A stretch of 63,936 bases of DNA, counting the filler. It is 10 parts of 10 records of this genome, joined end to end, with 100 filler letters (N's around TTAATTAATTAA, not from the genome) between each part and the next. Parts side by side here need not be neighbours in the genome. Positions count along the whole stretch, not along the records: positions 20,766 to 29,341 come from SRR7504441_2998; positions 29,442 to 33,852 come from SRR7504441_3007; 8 more parts are not named here. One strand, written 5' to 3'. The notes under the pieces were generated by a model. That model searched no databases, had not been told where the DNA came from, and saw nothing but the letters and a program-made list of their open reading frames with translations. Position 1 is the stretch's first letter. Every line of letters starts with the position of its first letter. Positions 20,990-32,600 of the stretch are shown here, piece by piece. A program made the translations under genes and the position numbers.

Positions 20990-22666
20990 ATGAGGGAGAT
21001 GGGCCAGTTCTTACTGCTCATCCTGTTGTCCCTCCCGCCCTCTGCTCACCCCCAGCCCACACCGCCGTCGCACTACGTCATCTCACTATCCCCACTCGCG
21101 TCATCAGATGAACGAGCTGCCGCAGCGATGTTAGCGGACGAGCTGGGTAACCGCACGTGTGGCGGACTGCCCCTGCCGGTCGTCTCTCCAAACGCCACTG
21201 CCGGGAGACCTACCATCGCCATCGGTACCAGAGCGCTTGTTGCGCTGCAATACGCACTCAAGCTGCCCGCACTCCTTCCGTCAGACCCTTCAACCCTAGG
21301 CGAGGATGGCTTCGTCGCTAGAGGGGGCGGGGAGGCACAGCAGTGGATGGCGCTTGCCGGCAAGCCCGGGAGCTTACGGGGCGCTGGCTACGCCGTGGTC
21401 CACGCTCTCAACGCCCTCGGCATCAGATTTCTTTCGTGGGACTGCACCATCTACCCCGCCTGCCCCAAGGCCTTACCGGCGCTCAATTGGACGCAGTGGC
21501 CGCCACAGTTTAGCGGCCGTTCCCTGGACAGCTGGCCCGTCACACACGCGACCAACGCCGGCGGCAGCAATAGGCGCTTCCAGACAGCATCTCACTATCA
21601 CCTGCCAGCTCTGGTGGGCAGCGAAGGGGTATCCCGGTTTCTGCCGTGGTCCCTGAGCGCCAGCCATCCCGAATGGTTCTGGCCACCACCTGCAAAGCCC
21701 GGCGATCCGCCTCCGACCTTCTGGAATGTATGCTGGAGCAACAGTTCCATGGTGCGCTTCGTGATCGCTGCAGTCGAGAAGGAGTTACAAGGCATACTGG
21801 CACACCAGCAGTCCTCGGCAGGGGGCGTGCCATTCGTGCAAATCTCGCCCAATGACGGCCCAGCACAGTGCCAGACGATGCAGGAGCTCCACATCAACGC
21901 CGAAGAAGGCACCGACGCTGGCAGTTTCTTTCGCGCAATCAATGCAATCGCCGCAGCGATCACGCCCAAGTTTCCACAGACCAAGATCGTCAGCCTGGCC
22001 TACTCCTGGACACAGCGCCCACCGCAGCCCCTCAATACCTCACGGGTACCAAGGCTGCACCCTGCTGTGGTTCCATGGTTTGCGCCTATCGACGACAACT
22101 TTGCAATTCCGCACCTTGTCGACCCGTCCTTAGGCAACGTGCACCAGTTCTGCGGCACCGACCAAGATTGCCCCTGGAACCGACCGTGTGAAACCAACGA
22201 TGTCGTGATGCCCTCCTCCTCGCTATCTCGACCGTTGTCAAGCTCCTTCTCAGGCCAGGAGCTCCTGGTGGACATGCTGGCAGAAAGCTGTGGCCTGCTC
22301 CAGAACTCCACGCACGAAGGCTGGGCATGCGGCTATCTCACCCCGCCTGCAATTATGCGAGCGTTGCGGGCACTCATCGCGGCAGCGGAGGCGCCTGGTT
22401 TGACTGAGGTTGAGGCCGCACGTGTGGCTCGCTCGTCGTTGCCTATCAAGTATACCACCTTAGTCAAGTGGGAAGAGCTGAGGGCATGGGAAACGGCTAG
22501 GGGCAGAAGTTGGCCGTTGACTCCGCACAAAGAGGCTATGTTTGGCCAGTTTGTCGCGTCCCTGAGGGAGGTGGGCGTCACTGTGCTAGGCGAAGGCGTC
22601 GGGCAGTGGACAGAGGCCTGGCTGCGCGATCGCATCTTCTTCGGCAATGCCACTGGATGTACATGA
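20990..22666 (+). CDS. Secreted DUF4838-like / glycoside-hydrolase-like protein, intronless
   Basis: Signal peptide; GH20/GH67-type N-domain (LGEDGF...LAG...RGAGYAVVHALNALGIRFL), HPEWF, CWSN, ISPND, LAYSWTQRPP, FAPI. Confidence 0.65.
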   Translation: MREMGQFLLLILLSLPPSAHPQPTPPSHYVISLSPLASSDERAAAAMLADELGNRTCGGLPLPVVSPNATAGRPTIAIGTRALVALQYALKLPALLPSDPSTLGEDGFVARGGGEAQQWMALAGKPGSLRGAGYAVVHALNALGIRFLSWDCTIYPACPKALPALNWTQWPPQFSGRSLDSWPVTHATNAGGSNRRFQTASHYHLPALVGSEGVSRFLPWSLSASHPEWFWPPPAKPGDPPPTFWNVCWSNSSMVRFVIAAVEKELQGILAHQQSSAGGVPFVQISPNDGPAQCQTMQELHINAEEGTDAGSFFRAINAIAAAITPKFPQTKIVSLAYSWTQRPPQPLNTSRVPRLHPAVVPWFAPIDDNFAIPHLVDPSLGNVHQFCGTDQDCPWNRPCETNDVVMPSSSLSRPLSSSFSGQELLVDMLAESCGLLQNSTHEGWACGYLTPPAIMRALRALIAAAEAPGLTEVEAARVARSSLPIKYTTLVKWEELRAWETARGRSWPLTPHKEAMFGQFVASLREVGVTVLGEGVGQWTEAWLRDRIFFGNATGCT

Positions 22667-23110
22667 GGTGTTTTATCAAACCCCCACACCACCTGCTTGA
22701 CGTTATGTGATGGGGCACGCCCCGATCTAGTTGTCGCTCAGTTGTCGCTAGCATGTCGCTGTTGGGGCATAGTTGGGGCAATTCGCCGGCTATCTCCGGC
22801 TTGTACTGTACAACTCGTACACGTAGGCACTTGCCTGCTTAAGATTTCCTGCAACTTCCAAAGCCTTCAACGAGTACTAAGCCTTTCGAATACATGTAAA
22901 TGTACTTATTTACGTTGTCTACTGTAACATCAAGCCAGGTGGGACCACGACCCGGACCACGACAAGTTTCACCACTAACCGGCCCGTTCTTGGCCCACAC
23001 CACTTGTAGAGTGTACCCACACTCGGCATGTTGCTCGCGAGTACACGCAAATCACTAGCAAATCGCATCGGTGACTAATCGGTGACCAAGTGCCTCCTAG
23101 TGTCATGCAG

Positions 23111-25440
23111 CTAGGCGCTCCACGAGCACTCCTCCTTGATGGCGGCGTACACCTACACAGCGCAATCGAGCCCCCCCCCTCACCGAGCCGCACCGTATAC
23201 TCCGGGTTGAGCAGGTCCTCTACTTGACTCGGCTTGCCCGCCGGCTCATCCACCGCTTCTGCACCGCCGGTCATGTCTACCTTGGCTAGCCCACCTGAGC
23301 CAGGCGCGTGCAGGTCCTCGGAGGCGAGAGCGTCGAGCGCCTCGCTCTGCGACACGAGCAGCACACACTCCTGCGCGCCGGCCTGACAGTGGCTCCGGAG
23401 CTGCCAGCTCTCGGCTAGTTTCTCGTTGAGTGACCCGAGCAGATTCGAAGAGCTGCAGGCGGCTCAGCTGCGGCCGTGCATGCAGGGCACCTCCGGACAA
23501 ACGCCGGGAGCTGCAGCATAAAGTGCGCCAGCCCCGGGCTCTGGTTGCGCTGCAGGTGCTCCAGAACCGCAAGCAGAAGCGACTGCAATCGCTCCCACGG
23601 TGTGTGCACCGCGAGCGCGAGGTCTAACAGCTGGACAGCAGCCTGCCGCCCCCCAAATACAACTAATATAATATACTGCGGAGGCACCTGCAGCTTGCTC
23701 AGACGCTCTAACTGGCTCGCGAGTGATCCGTCCGTTGATTCAAACCTGGGTCGCCCGTCAGCCCCGACCACGCAGAGTTGGACCACTGCAACTGGGCGGA
23801 GCTTGCTGATATCTCGTGAGAGAGCCAGGAGGTGAGGTCGCTCCGCACACGGTGGGTCCCGGCCTCCACCACCGCCGCCCCGGCGTGCTGCATAATCGTC
23901 TCCATCTGCTGGCCCAGCTCCTGCTGCCGCTCGACCACCTCGCTCTCACTCAGTCGAGGTTTCTGCGCCACACGCTCGCCGCCAGCCGAGCCAGCCGCAC
24001 CTCGTGACACAGCTGAGTCGCGGCGCGCGTGAAGGCGGCGATCTCGGTCTGGTTGTGCTTGTTCACAAACGGCCGGATCCTTCCTTTCTTGACGGCGTCT
24101 AGCACGGCGTCCAGAGAGTCACTCAAATCCTCAATATCCAGCGCCCCCTGACACACAGCTCAGCCCAGACCGGCCCCGATCGCGCACCTCCAGGAACCCG
24201 GCCAGCCGATCCCCAAAGTCTAAGTTGGGTCTCTCTTTGAAACGGCCGACACGGCCCAAGTCCGTAGAGCTGTCTGGGCCTCCGAAGACGGTGACATCCG
24301 ACGCGACCGCCGCCACGCACGTGGTGTCCCGGTAGATGGCGGGCGCCCCGCCGTTGCTGCGCTGTTCGGTGGCCAAGTTGCGCTCGTCCTCGAGGAACAG
24401 CGCTACTTCATCGAACAGACAGGTCCCAGCCCTGCGCCGAGTCAGCCTATCAGGCCCAGCACACACCGTGAGCATTCGGCGCCCTCAGTGGCCGCCAGCA
24501 GCTGCTCGAGCATCCGGATCCTGCGCGCCGCCGCCCGCACCTCGGGGCTCCCGCACTCCCGCCCCGCCTGCCCCAGACACTCACCACCGCAGCGTCCACT
24601 GCAGCTGCTCACCAGAGGGAACTTCATCCACGCTGTGCTCTCAGTCACAGGCGGCGCCGAGAGCAGCCCCAGCCGCTCCGGCGCGTTCGACTGCCAGGTG
24701 CTCCGAATCGAGACCGCCGGGCTGCGGGCCGCCCGCTGCGTGAGCTCTGTGTTGAGCCGAAACCTCGACTCAAGGCTCGCATCGGTCAGCCCTGTGCATC
24801 CGAGCTCCTCCAGCAGCGTCTTGAGCCGCGGCAGCGCGTCTTTGGCCGCGCGGCCCCGCCGGGAGACCCGGAAGGTGGTGTAATTGCCGTTGGCGTCGAA
24901 CTGGATCCCGAGGTAGCTTAAGATCCAGTCAGCCGACGACCGGTCGGCGCGCAGCTCGGGCCCAGTGCACCGGACGAGCAAGGGGGGCAGCGGCTGGTCC
25001 GGCTTCGCCATGCTGTACATCGAGATCAGCTGCCGGGCCGTCTCGGCGTCCAGGGGCAGATGCACCGAGGCGTCCAGGGTGTGGGTGGGCCGTGCCTGCG
25101 AGGCCGCGGGCCCATCGGCGTCGATATGGATCAGGCTGTGCGCGCAGTCCTGGAGGTGCGCGGCGCACTGTGCGCTGACCGCCTGCTCGACCTCGGCCTG
25201 GGTGCCGGTGAGCGCCCCGGCTGTCAGGTTTGGATGCAACGCCGAGGCCACGAAGAACCGCCCAGTCTGGAGGACTGCGCGCAGCGGGTGCTCGGTGGCG
25301 GGGTCGACATACCAGATCTCGTACTGGTCGGACAGCGCCTGCGGCTGGCCGCTCTCCATGCAGCGCTCCAGCTTGTGCAACAGTGCCGCCGAGGCGCTGG
25401 GCAGATCGGATACCACCATTTTGATTTTTGAGCTGATCAT
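23111..25440 (-). CDS. ZWILCH: Zwilch-like kinetochore protein (RZZ complex), about 8 introns
   Basis: Spliced RPNLDFGDRLAGFLEGALDIEDLSDSLDAVLDAVKKGRIRPFVNKHNQT resembles the conserved Zwilch DF...L...G.I.P.....N block; size about 660 aa. Confidence 0.62.
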
Positions 25441-25505
25441 TTTTCCGTTGAGATCGCTGCGTCATTCCCCGCGCTCGAGCCGGGGGGGGGTGCTGACTGG
25501 TCGGC

Positions 25506-27395
25506 ATGCCCTCGCTAAAGGACCTGCACTTTTACCGGCGGACGCACGCCGACCTGACCCAAGCCACCAGCACTGGAGGGGTGATCTCTGCGTTCGCCGC
25601 GCTGACCATGCTCGCGCTCTTCGTTTCGCAGCTGAGCGCTTACCTGTCGGTCCGGCACAGCACCGAGGTGGTTATGGATCCCTCGGACGGGCCGCACTCG
25701 ATGATGGTGATCGACTTTGACGTCACCCTGCCAAAGGTGGCCTGCGGGTACGCCTCGGTCGACCTGTACGACTCGCTGGGATTGGCCCGGCTGAACATCA
25801 GCGGCTCTACCATCGAGGGGGTGGCCGCGAACAAGATGATGGATCTGCATTGGGACGGGTTCACGCTCTCGCGCACGCGGGTGGTGACCGACGACCAGGC
25901 CCGGTACATATCCGGGGCCAAGGCGGCGACCAACACAGAGACCCCGCTCCCACGCGACCTGCCCAAAAAGCGGCACCACACCCGGCAGGTGGCGATTAAA
26001 GAGTTTTCGCAGTTCCCAGTCTCGGAGCACAAAGCTTGGCGGGACGACTGGGGCGAGGAGGCGTACGCCCCCGAGCTGACCTCGGATGACTTCGCCGCGC
26101 GGGTCGGCGAGTTTAAGTTCGCGATGGTCCAATTCTACGCTCCTTGGTGCCATTACTGCACTCAACTCAAGCCGGTATGGGAGCACGCAGCGGGCCTGAT
26201 TGAGAAGACCACCACCGACTACGGCGAGGACGACGAGGCGGAGGGCTGGCATGGTTTCGAGAGCAGGGAGAAGGCAATGTTTGAATGGGAAGAGCATAAT
26301 ATAAAGAACAATGAGCACCCAGTCACGCTGCACGACTTTATGGATATGAAACGCGAGGAGAAGGGCCTGAGCAAGCTGCCGCTGGAGGGCAACCGCCAGA
26401 TTCTGATCGCTAAAGTGGATTGCACCAAGAGTCAAAACCTGTGCTTTGACCAACAGGTTATGGGGTATCCTACTGTCCGGATCTACCGGGGCCTTCCGCG
26501 CTCAGTTGAGGAGTACCAAGGCGACCGGACGGCCCGGGCGATTACAAAGTACGTGATGCGCGAGATGCCTGACTCGATGCATAACGAGGAGGAACAGCCC
26601 GAGGAGGAACAGAAGCTCAAGCAGGCAGCTGAGGATAGGATTTTACTTAAAATGACCGACGCGACTAAAGAGGGATGCAACTTGGTCGGGTCGGTCAGGG
26701 TTCGGAAGGTTCCGGGTAAACTGGTATTCAGCGCGCACTCAAATGACCAAACTATGGACCTCTCGGTCCTCAACACCTCACATGTTGTGCATCATTTGGG
26801 CTTTCGGAGGCCTGAGGAAGTTGCCCTGAACGATGAGGAGAAGGAGGGCTTCGTCAAAATCCTCGAGGAGGCTGCCAACCTCGCCCGCCGGACGGCCGAT
26901 GGCGGAGACGGCACTTCGCAGTACCACAGAGCTCACATGAAGGGGGTCAAGCGAACGATGATGCAGAGAGTGGATGGGCACCAGAGCGGGGTCGACGGGA
27001 TGATCTGGACGCTGGACGAGTCGCGATTCTTCAGCACCGAGCCGCTCACTGTCCAGACTCATCACGTCAAGCTCGTCCGCACAGACATGCAGCTGCTCCC
27101 TTACCGGCCTTTCGAGATATTTCAGATGCAGGCATTCTCGGGCTCCTTCCGCAAGGAGCCGTCTGGAGTGGCCGGCCCGCACTCACACCAGGCGCCATCG
27201 ATTGAGATCAGCTATGAGGTCTCACCACTCACCACTGTTGTCAAGGAGACGCGAGGCTCGCTCTCGGAGTTTCTGACGAGCTTGTGTGCAATCATTGGTG
27301 GCGTGTTCACAGTGATCGGCATGATCGATAACGTCATCTATCACGGGCCAGGTGTCTTAGGTTTGAAACCGCAGCAACGGTCAATGGCCAGTTAG
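25506..27395 (+). CDS. PDI-C type protein: ERGIC/Erv41-46 cargo receptor with internal thioredoxin domain, intronless
   Basis: N-terminal LHFYRR..ADLTQATSTGG + TM, FYAPWCHYC, AKVDC, GYPT, EGCNLVGSVRVRKVPG, C-terminal FLTSLCAIIGGVFTV. Confidence 0.9.
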   Translation: MPSLKDLHFYRRTHADLTQATSTGGVISAFAALTMLALFVSQLSAYLSVRHSTEVVMDPSDGPHSMMVIDFDVTLPKVACGYASVDLYDSLGLARLNISGSTIEGVAANKMMDLHWDGFTLSRTRVVTDDQARYISGAKAATNTETPLPRDLPKKRHHTRQVAIKEFSQFPVSEHKAWRDDWGEEAYAPELTSDDFAARVGEFKFAMVQFYAPWCHYCTQLKPVWEHAAGLIEKTTTDYGEDDEAEGWHGFESREKAMFEWEEHNIKNNEHPVTLHDFMDMKREEKGLSKLPLEGNRQILIAKVDCTKSQNLCFDQQVMGYPTVRIYRGLPRSVEEYQGDRTARAITKYVMREMPDSMHNEEEQPEEEQKLKQAAEDRILLKMTDATKEGCNLVGSVRVRKVPGKLVFSAHSNDQTMDLSVLNTSHVVHHLGFRRPEEVALNDEEKEGFVKILEEAANLARRTADGGDGTSQYHRAHMKGVKRTMMQRVDGHQSGVDGMIWTLDESRFFSTEPLTVQTHHVKLVRTDMQLLPYRPFEIFQMQAFSGSFRKEPSGVAGPHSHQAPSIEISYEVSPLTTVVKETRGSLSEFLTSLCAIIGGVFTVIGMIDNVIYHGPGVLGLKPQQRSMAS

Positions 27396-27527
27396 CTTAG
27401 TAGCAGTGATACGACTGGGCACAAAGACTCAAGTACGTACGTACACTCGAGGCAAAGAAACAACAATCGATCATTATGACATTGTTCAAAAGTAGCTCGA
27501 AAGTGTAAAATTCTTTACATGTATATT

Positions 27528-28616
27528 TCAAGTAGGCAAGCTAAGATCGAAATTCTTCATGCGCTCGTAGTTGACTTGTGCCACGGCTTCTTGATCTATG
27601 TCAACCCACTCGAGGCCCAAGGCCTCGTTCAGCTTCTTGATGCCCTCAAAGCTCTCCAAGTTGTTATTTGGAAGGTACGTGATCCAGTCGTCAGTCGACT
27701 CACAAACAATGTACTTCATGCTGAACAAATTTGCTTCGTTCCACTTCCTGTACCCTTCCTCGGTGAATTCCTCGCCATACTTCTCGCGACCCTCGACGTT
27801 CTCTGGACCTGCCCATAGCTCCTCCACACTCGAGCCAGCGAGCTCCACAATCTCCCTGTTCCTCACAAGTGCCCTCTCCAGGATGATCTCCTGTGACACA
27901 TCGACCTTAAAAAACATGAGGCCCGGGATGCTCTCGGCAATCCAGTCTTTCTCGCCAAAAAGGTTGAGGATGGCGAAGGACAAGGCGACATTCTTACCAG
28001 CCTTTGCCTGCTCATTGAACATATCGATGAGGAGCTGATAGTAAGGCTTCCAGAGCGCCTCGTCAGTCTTGCCTTCTTGGTTGATCTCCGCCATAGCTTT
28101 GAAAAGATTGGCCCACATCTCTTTCACCTTTGGGTCCGAGGACTGGTTACCAAAGTCGCCGTCAATGTGGCTGTAGCCGCGTGTCGCTAAGTAGTCGCCG
28201 ATGAAGGTCTTGCCAGCGCAAGTCTCTCCCGCAATCCAGACGAGGGACTGCGTGCCACTGCTCGATGCTGCAGGCTCAGCAGCTGCTGCCTTGGCTCGCG
28301 CCTCCACATTTGCCTGGATGGCCGCCTTCATCTCGGCAGCGCTATCGGCAGCAGGTGCGGCAGCAGGTGAGATGCTCTCGGCAGCATCTGCCCCAGCAGG
28401 CGCAGGCGCCGCCGCAGGCTCAGCTGCTTTGTGGGCAGCCGGACTGGCTTCGTTTGCAGCTGCTGGAGCGGTGGAAGCAGGAGGATTGGCGGCTGGTGGT
28501 GGCGAAGCTGGAGCGGACGACGCAGCAGGTGCAGCTGCTTGCGAGGTGGACGAAGCACCGCAACCTGCAAAGCGCACGTGAGATTCGCTGGGGGACTCCG
28601 GGGGCTCCTCACCCAT
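27528..28616 (-). CDS. P-loop kinase-like protein (gluconate/shikimate-kinase-like fold) with Ala/Pro-rich N-terminus
   Basis: WIAGETCAGKTFIGDYL...HIDGD; 362-aa ORF with coding-like bias. Confidence 0.7.
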   Translation of the reverse strand: MGEEPPESPSESHVRFAGCGASSTSQAAAPAASSAPASPPPAANPPASTAPAAANEASPAAHKAAEPAAAPAPAGADAAESISPAAAPAADSAAEMKAAIQANVEARAKAAAAEPAASSSGTQSLVWIAGETCAGKTFIGDYLATRGYSHIDGDFGNQSSDPKVKEMWANLFKAMAEINQEGKTDEALWKPYYQLLIDMFNEQAKAGKNVALSFAILNLFGEKDWIAESIPGLMFFKVDVSQEIILERALVRNREIVELAGSSVEELWAGPENVEGREKYGEEFTEEGYRKWNEANLFSMKYIVCESTDDWITYLPNNNLESFEGIKKLNEALGLEWVDIDQEAVAQVNYERMKNFDLSLPT

Positions 28617-29054
28617 CTGCCGCCAGTCGGGAGCTGCTTTTGGGTTCTAACGGATTTGTTCCCTCACGGCCTTCCTGCCAGTCGGGAGTTGTCCCTCCTT
28701 CGGAATTTTCGCCGTTGTGCTACCCCGAGTGTAACTACAATTGATTCATGTAGTTCTTCGAACGAAAGCCTTCATGTAAAAGAATTCTTTGTGCAATTGC
28801 AAACCTATTGCAAACCAGTTGTAGACTTACTCGTGTCAGTTTGCCTACTCATAATTTATTATGAGTTAATTATGAGTAGTCAAAAATCATGTTCGATAAA
28901 TATATACAGTAGCATGCGTGTCCCTGAGTATTCAAGTGATAGTCTTGTAAAAGTCTTGGGAGTTGAGGACTCACAAGCTCCAGCTGGTCGTGTGGTTGCG
29001 GCACTCGTAATGCTGCGCCGCGTCTGATTAGCGTCTGATGAGACTCGCTTGCGT

Positions 29055-29341
29055 CTACATCCAGGAAGTGCCTCTACGCTTGTTGGCGTTGTTCATGTTC
29101 CTCGACATGCCAGACGGATGCATTGCTGTGGAACGGAAACGCATGTTCCCGACTTGCATGTGCGAAGGCCGGTGCACCTCTGCAAGGAACCCACCCGCGT
29201 GCCCAGCAATGAGGGTTGCGTTCTGCTTCTGGACAATGGCCTCGACCACGCCTGTTGGTGCAGCTGTCTGGTACTCTGGCATTTTCATTGCATCCTCCAC
29301 CCGCTCGACCACGATCTCCTCAGTGGTGCCGTCCACTGACA
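29055..29341 (-). CDS. 3' fragment of an unknown protein gene cut by the contig end
   Basis: Open frame from the spacer to a stop at 29055; no recognisable motif. Confidence 0.4.
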
Positions 29342-29441
29342 NNNNNNNNNNNNNNNNNNNNNNNNNNNNNNNNNNNNNNNNNNNNTTAATTAATTAANNN
29401 NNNNNNNNNNNNNNNNNNNNNNNNNNNNNNNNNNNNNNNNN
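29342..29441. other. Artificial contig spacer
   Basis: N44-TTAATTAATTAA-N44. Confidence 0.99.
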
Positions 29442-29602
29442 TCATTATACGATTCACAGCTCTGCTCTCGGTGGCCTCAGAAGTACCGCACACGCGCACA
29501 AGCGCTACTATAGCGCTACCGTAGTAGGGGAGCTTGCGCACAAATGACCGTGGGACTAATTGATTGCAAGTCAGTGTATTGATGGCAATGCACACGGAAA
29601 AT

Positions 29603-32600
29603 TTAGTGCTTGCAGCTTCTGCTTGATGTTTGTTTTTTGGCTGAGACCCGTGTGATGGTTGCGAGCAGGGCTTGATTTTTGTTGAACTCGTCTTGGCTTC
29701 TCTTGTCCATGGCTTGGTAGACTTGAAAGGACGCACTTGCACGGGTGCTCCTGGCAGATCCCACCCTAAAGACGAGCAAAACTCAGAGCACATGCCAAGG
29801 GAGCCAGCAACCTTTGATGTTGGCCACTTTGCTGGGTACTGGGGGTAAGGCTGAAGTTTGTACGACTGCGGGCTCTGCAGGAACACAGCACTGTTAGATC
29901 CTGGTTGACTGGCCTGAAACTCTGCACCGTGTAGGCCCAGTGTGACTCTTTGAGCCCAGCCTGGCTGCTATCCTAGCTGGATCGCCGATCCCAAGCTTTT
30001 TCTGTACCTGCTGCAGGTAAAATTTAACGTGATCAGCGGATAGACCTCATCACAGCGCTTCCGCAGCATATCTGCTTTACTTGAAATCTGAATGTTCACC
30101 CTGAAACACACGCACAGTCAGATCAGGACCCAGGCATGCACAACCGGTTGGACTCGGCCAATGGTGTGGGCTGTTGCTCATCAGCAGTAGGCTGTGAATT
30201 GTTGTCGCCGCTTTGACAAAGACGAATAAACTTACTCAGGCTGCTCTCAGGCATAGGAGCTTTGGCTACTTCTGTTGTTGCATCTGTTGCCACTGCCCTG
30301 CTGTGGGCAGACCTCGTATGAGATTGAGTTGCTGTGAAAGCTTTGGTCATAGGAGACGGCTTGCCAGACACTTTATTTGCTCTTGACAGGTTGTGCTGTG
30401 CTATCTTGTTGGAGGTTAGCGGCATTTCCACGGCAGGTTCAGGTTCAGACACTCTGTCGGCAGCTTCTGATGACGGCATATACAGGACTCTTCCTTGCAA
30501 TGGGCTTGGGTCCCTTGGCCTCATGGGCTCAGTGCTGATGGCAGTGCTGCATGCAGCATGCAGCCTATCGCGCAGCTCAGCTCCAGCCTGACTAGGACTC
30601 GGCCGTTTGATTGACATCTGAACGACTTCAAGACGGTTCGGTCCGAATGCCTCTTTTGGCTGCTCAAGCACGATAGGGCTTGGGGGCCTGACCGAAAGCG
30701 ATACAATCTGAGGTCTTTCCTTGTGCACTGGTTGTATATATATCGGCTCACCACACTGATCCCTGTGGTGATTCCCCAATAATTGGCTCAGTGTCTGCTC
30801 CTGTAAGTCATCTCCGGAGCATTCAATCACTCTAATGCTTCCACCCGTACTCTTTGGCGGCCTGAGAGCCCATCGTGGGATCTTTGCTTGTGACGCACTC
30901 GGGTCCTGGCAAATATCTGTTGCTCTCACCGGCTTCAACTTTTCTTGAAGGTCGTCTGTGGTAACTGCATCATATAGACTGTCATGGGCTACGTGTTGTG
31001 CTAAGACCGGCGTTGCAGCTGTGGGCTTTTCAGCTGGGGCGTCTCGTGTCTCCTTTTGACACTCAAATCGGTCTTGGACCCTACCAAGTTCTTCTGCACA
31101 ACGATCAAATTCGCCCTGCTTGTTTCTAGAATCTCCCTCCAGCAGCTGGCGCCAATTCTGGCTCTTGTGATCTACAACAGCCTCATCCACAGCAGCTAAC
31201 CTGGTCTCTGTGGCAGAAGCTTGCAAGCGCGCACCGATAAGCAGCTCCTGCAGCTCCGCCACTTCTGCTTCTAACTGGCAGATCCGTTCCCCCCCTAGCG
31301 GTGATGCGCCTGCATACTTGAAGTGCTTCACTTCAGTATCTAGCAATATTGCACGTGCCTGTTCTGCCTCCAATTTTGCCCGCACAGCTTGGGACTCGCC
31401 CATGGAACACGTTACAGGATTGTCGCGCTCAGCCAATGTGGTCTCGCTCTTCCGAAGGCGGTCATTGAGTAGGTGAATCTTGTTCTCATTTGCCACGGCT
31501 TCGTCCTGAACCACGGCTCACATCAGGGATAATAAGAACAGGCACCTTAAGACGGGCATTTTCTTGCTTAGCCACATTCAGCTGTTGCACAAGATCGGCA
31601 GTTTCGCTAGTTCTGGCTTCTGGCATGCTCTCTGTTTGCTCCCTTGCAGTAATCGCCTCCTTTTCTGCAAGAATTTTGGTGGCATCGGCCTCCTGGATGG
31701 CTTGCTTGTTCCTCTGTTCTGCTGCTGCAGAGGCTTGAGTTGCACCAGCCCTCACTGATGCTAGTTCCTCATGAGCTGACTTCAGAATCTTCTTAAGATC
31801 GTCGCCCTCCGTCATTGCAACCGTTAGCTTCACCGTAGAGGCCTCCAGCTGCTCTGTAGCAAGTACCAGTTGTTGCTTTGGCTCGCTGTGTTCATCTGAA
31901 TCAGCTATAACTTGCTTTGAGTGGTCTGACTGGTCAGACTCCTGCGAACAAGGATCGATCTCAAGCTCGTTTTTCTCGGTTGAGATCAGCATATCTATCG
32001 CCACCTCTGCCGCTGCCTCAGCCCGCTGGAAGCTAGCAATTGCCCGTCCAATCTCCTGATACTCCGCCGAAGCTGCAGCCAACTGTGCATGTGCTTTCTC
32101 CAGCTTTGCTTGGTCAGTGGCTGAGCTGACAGCAGCCTCAGCCTCGAGTATGGCTGCCTCAGCCTCTTGCTGACGGGCAACTGCCTGAGCGTACCCTTGC
32201 TTGGAGGCTGTCAGGCTCGCCCTGGAAGCCTGTGCCTGCTCTGTGACCTGGGCAAGCATCTCCTTGTAGCCGATATTGGCAGCGGCTCGCTGGAACTCAG
32301 TCTGCTGCCTGGCAGTCAAGCTTGTTGCTGTCCACTGCTTGCGCTCAACGCTCAACTCCTCCTGAAGGCTGGAGATAGCCGCGTATTGAGCCTCGAGCTT
32401 CGTTTGATTGCACTGGGCCCGGGCCTGTGCCTGGCTCACTTCGTCTTGGAGCTGCGAGATCACTCTGTGCGACGCCTCCAGCTGAGCTTCTAGGGTATGC
32501 ACATCTGGGCTGTTGAGCAAGCCTCCAGAGGTGCCATCTTTGCCCTTGGATTCGTGCAATCGCTCCAGCTGGTCCTTGTGTAACACACGCTCGGCAGACA

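Noticed and set aside
25505-25508. Overlapping divergent start codons in a CATG palindrome
   Set aside because: The minus-strand ATG at 25507 opens a different frame from the Zwilch-like protein, which starts at 25440 or 25419.
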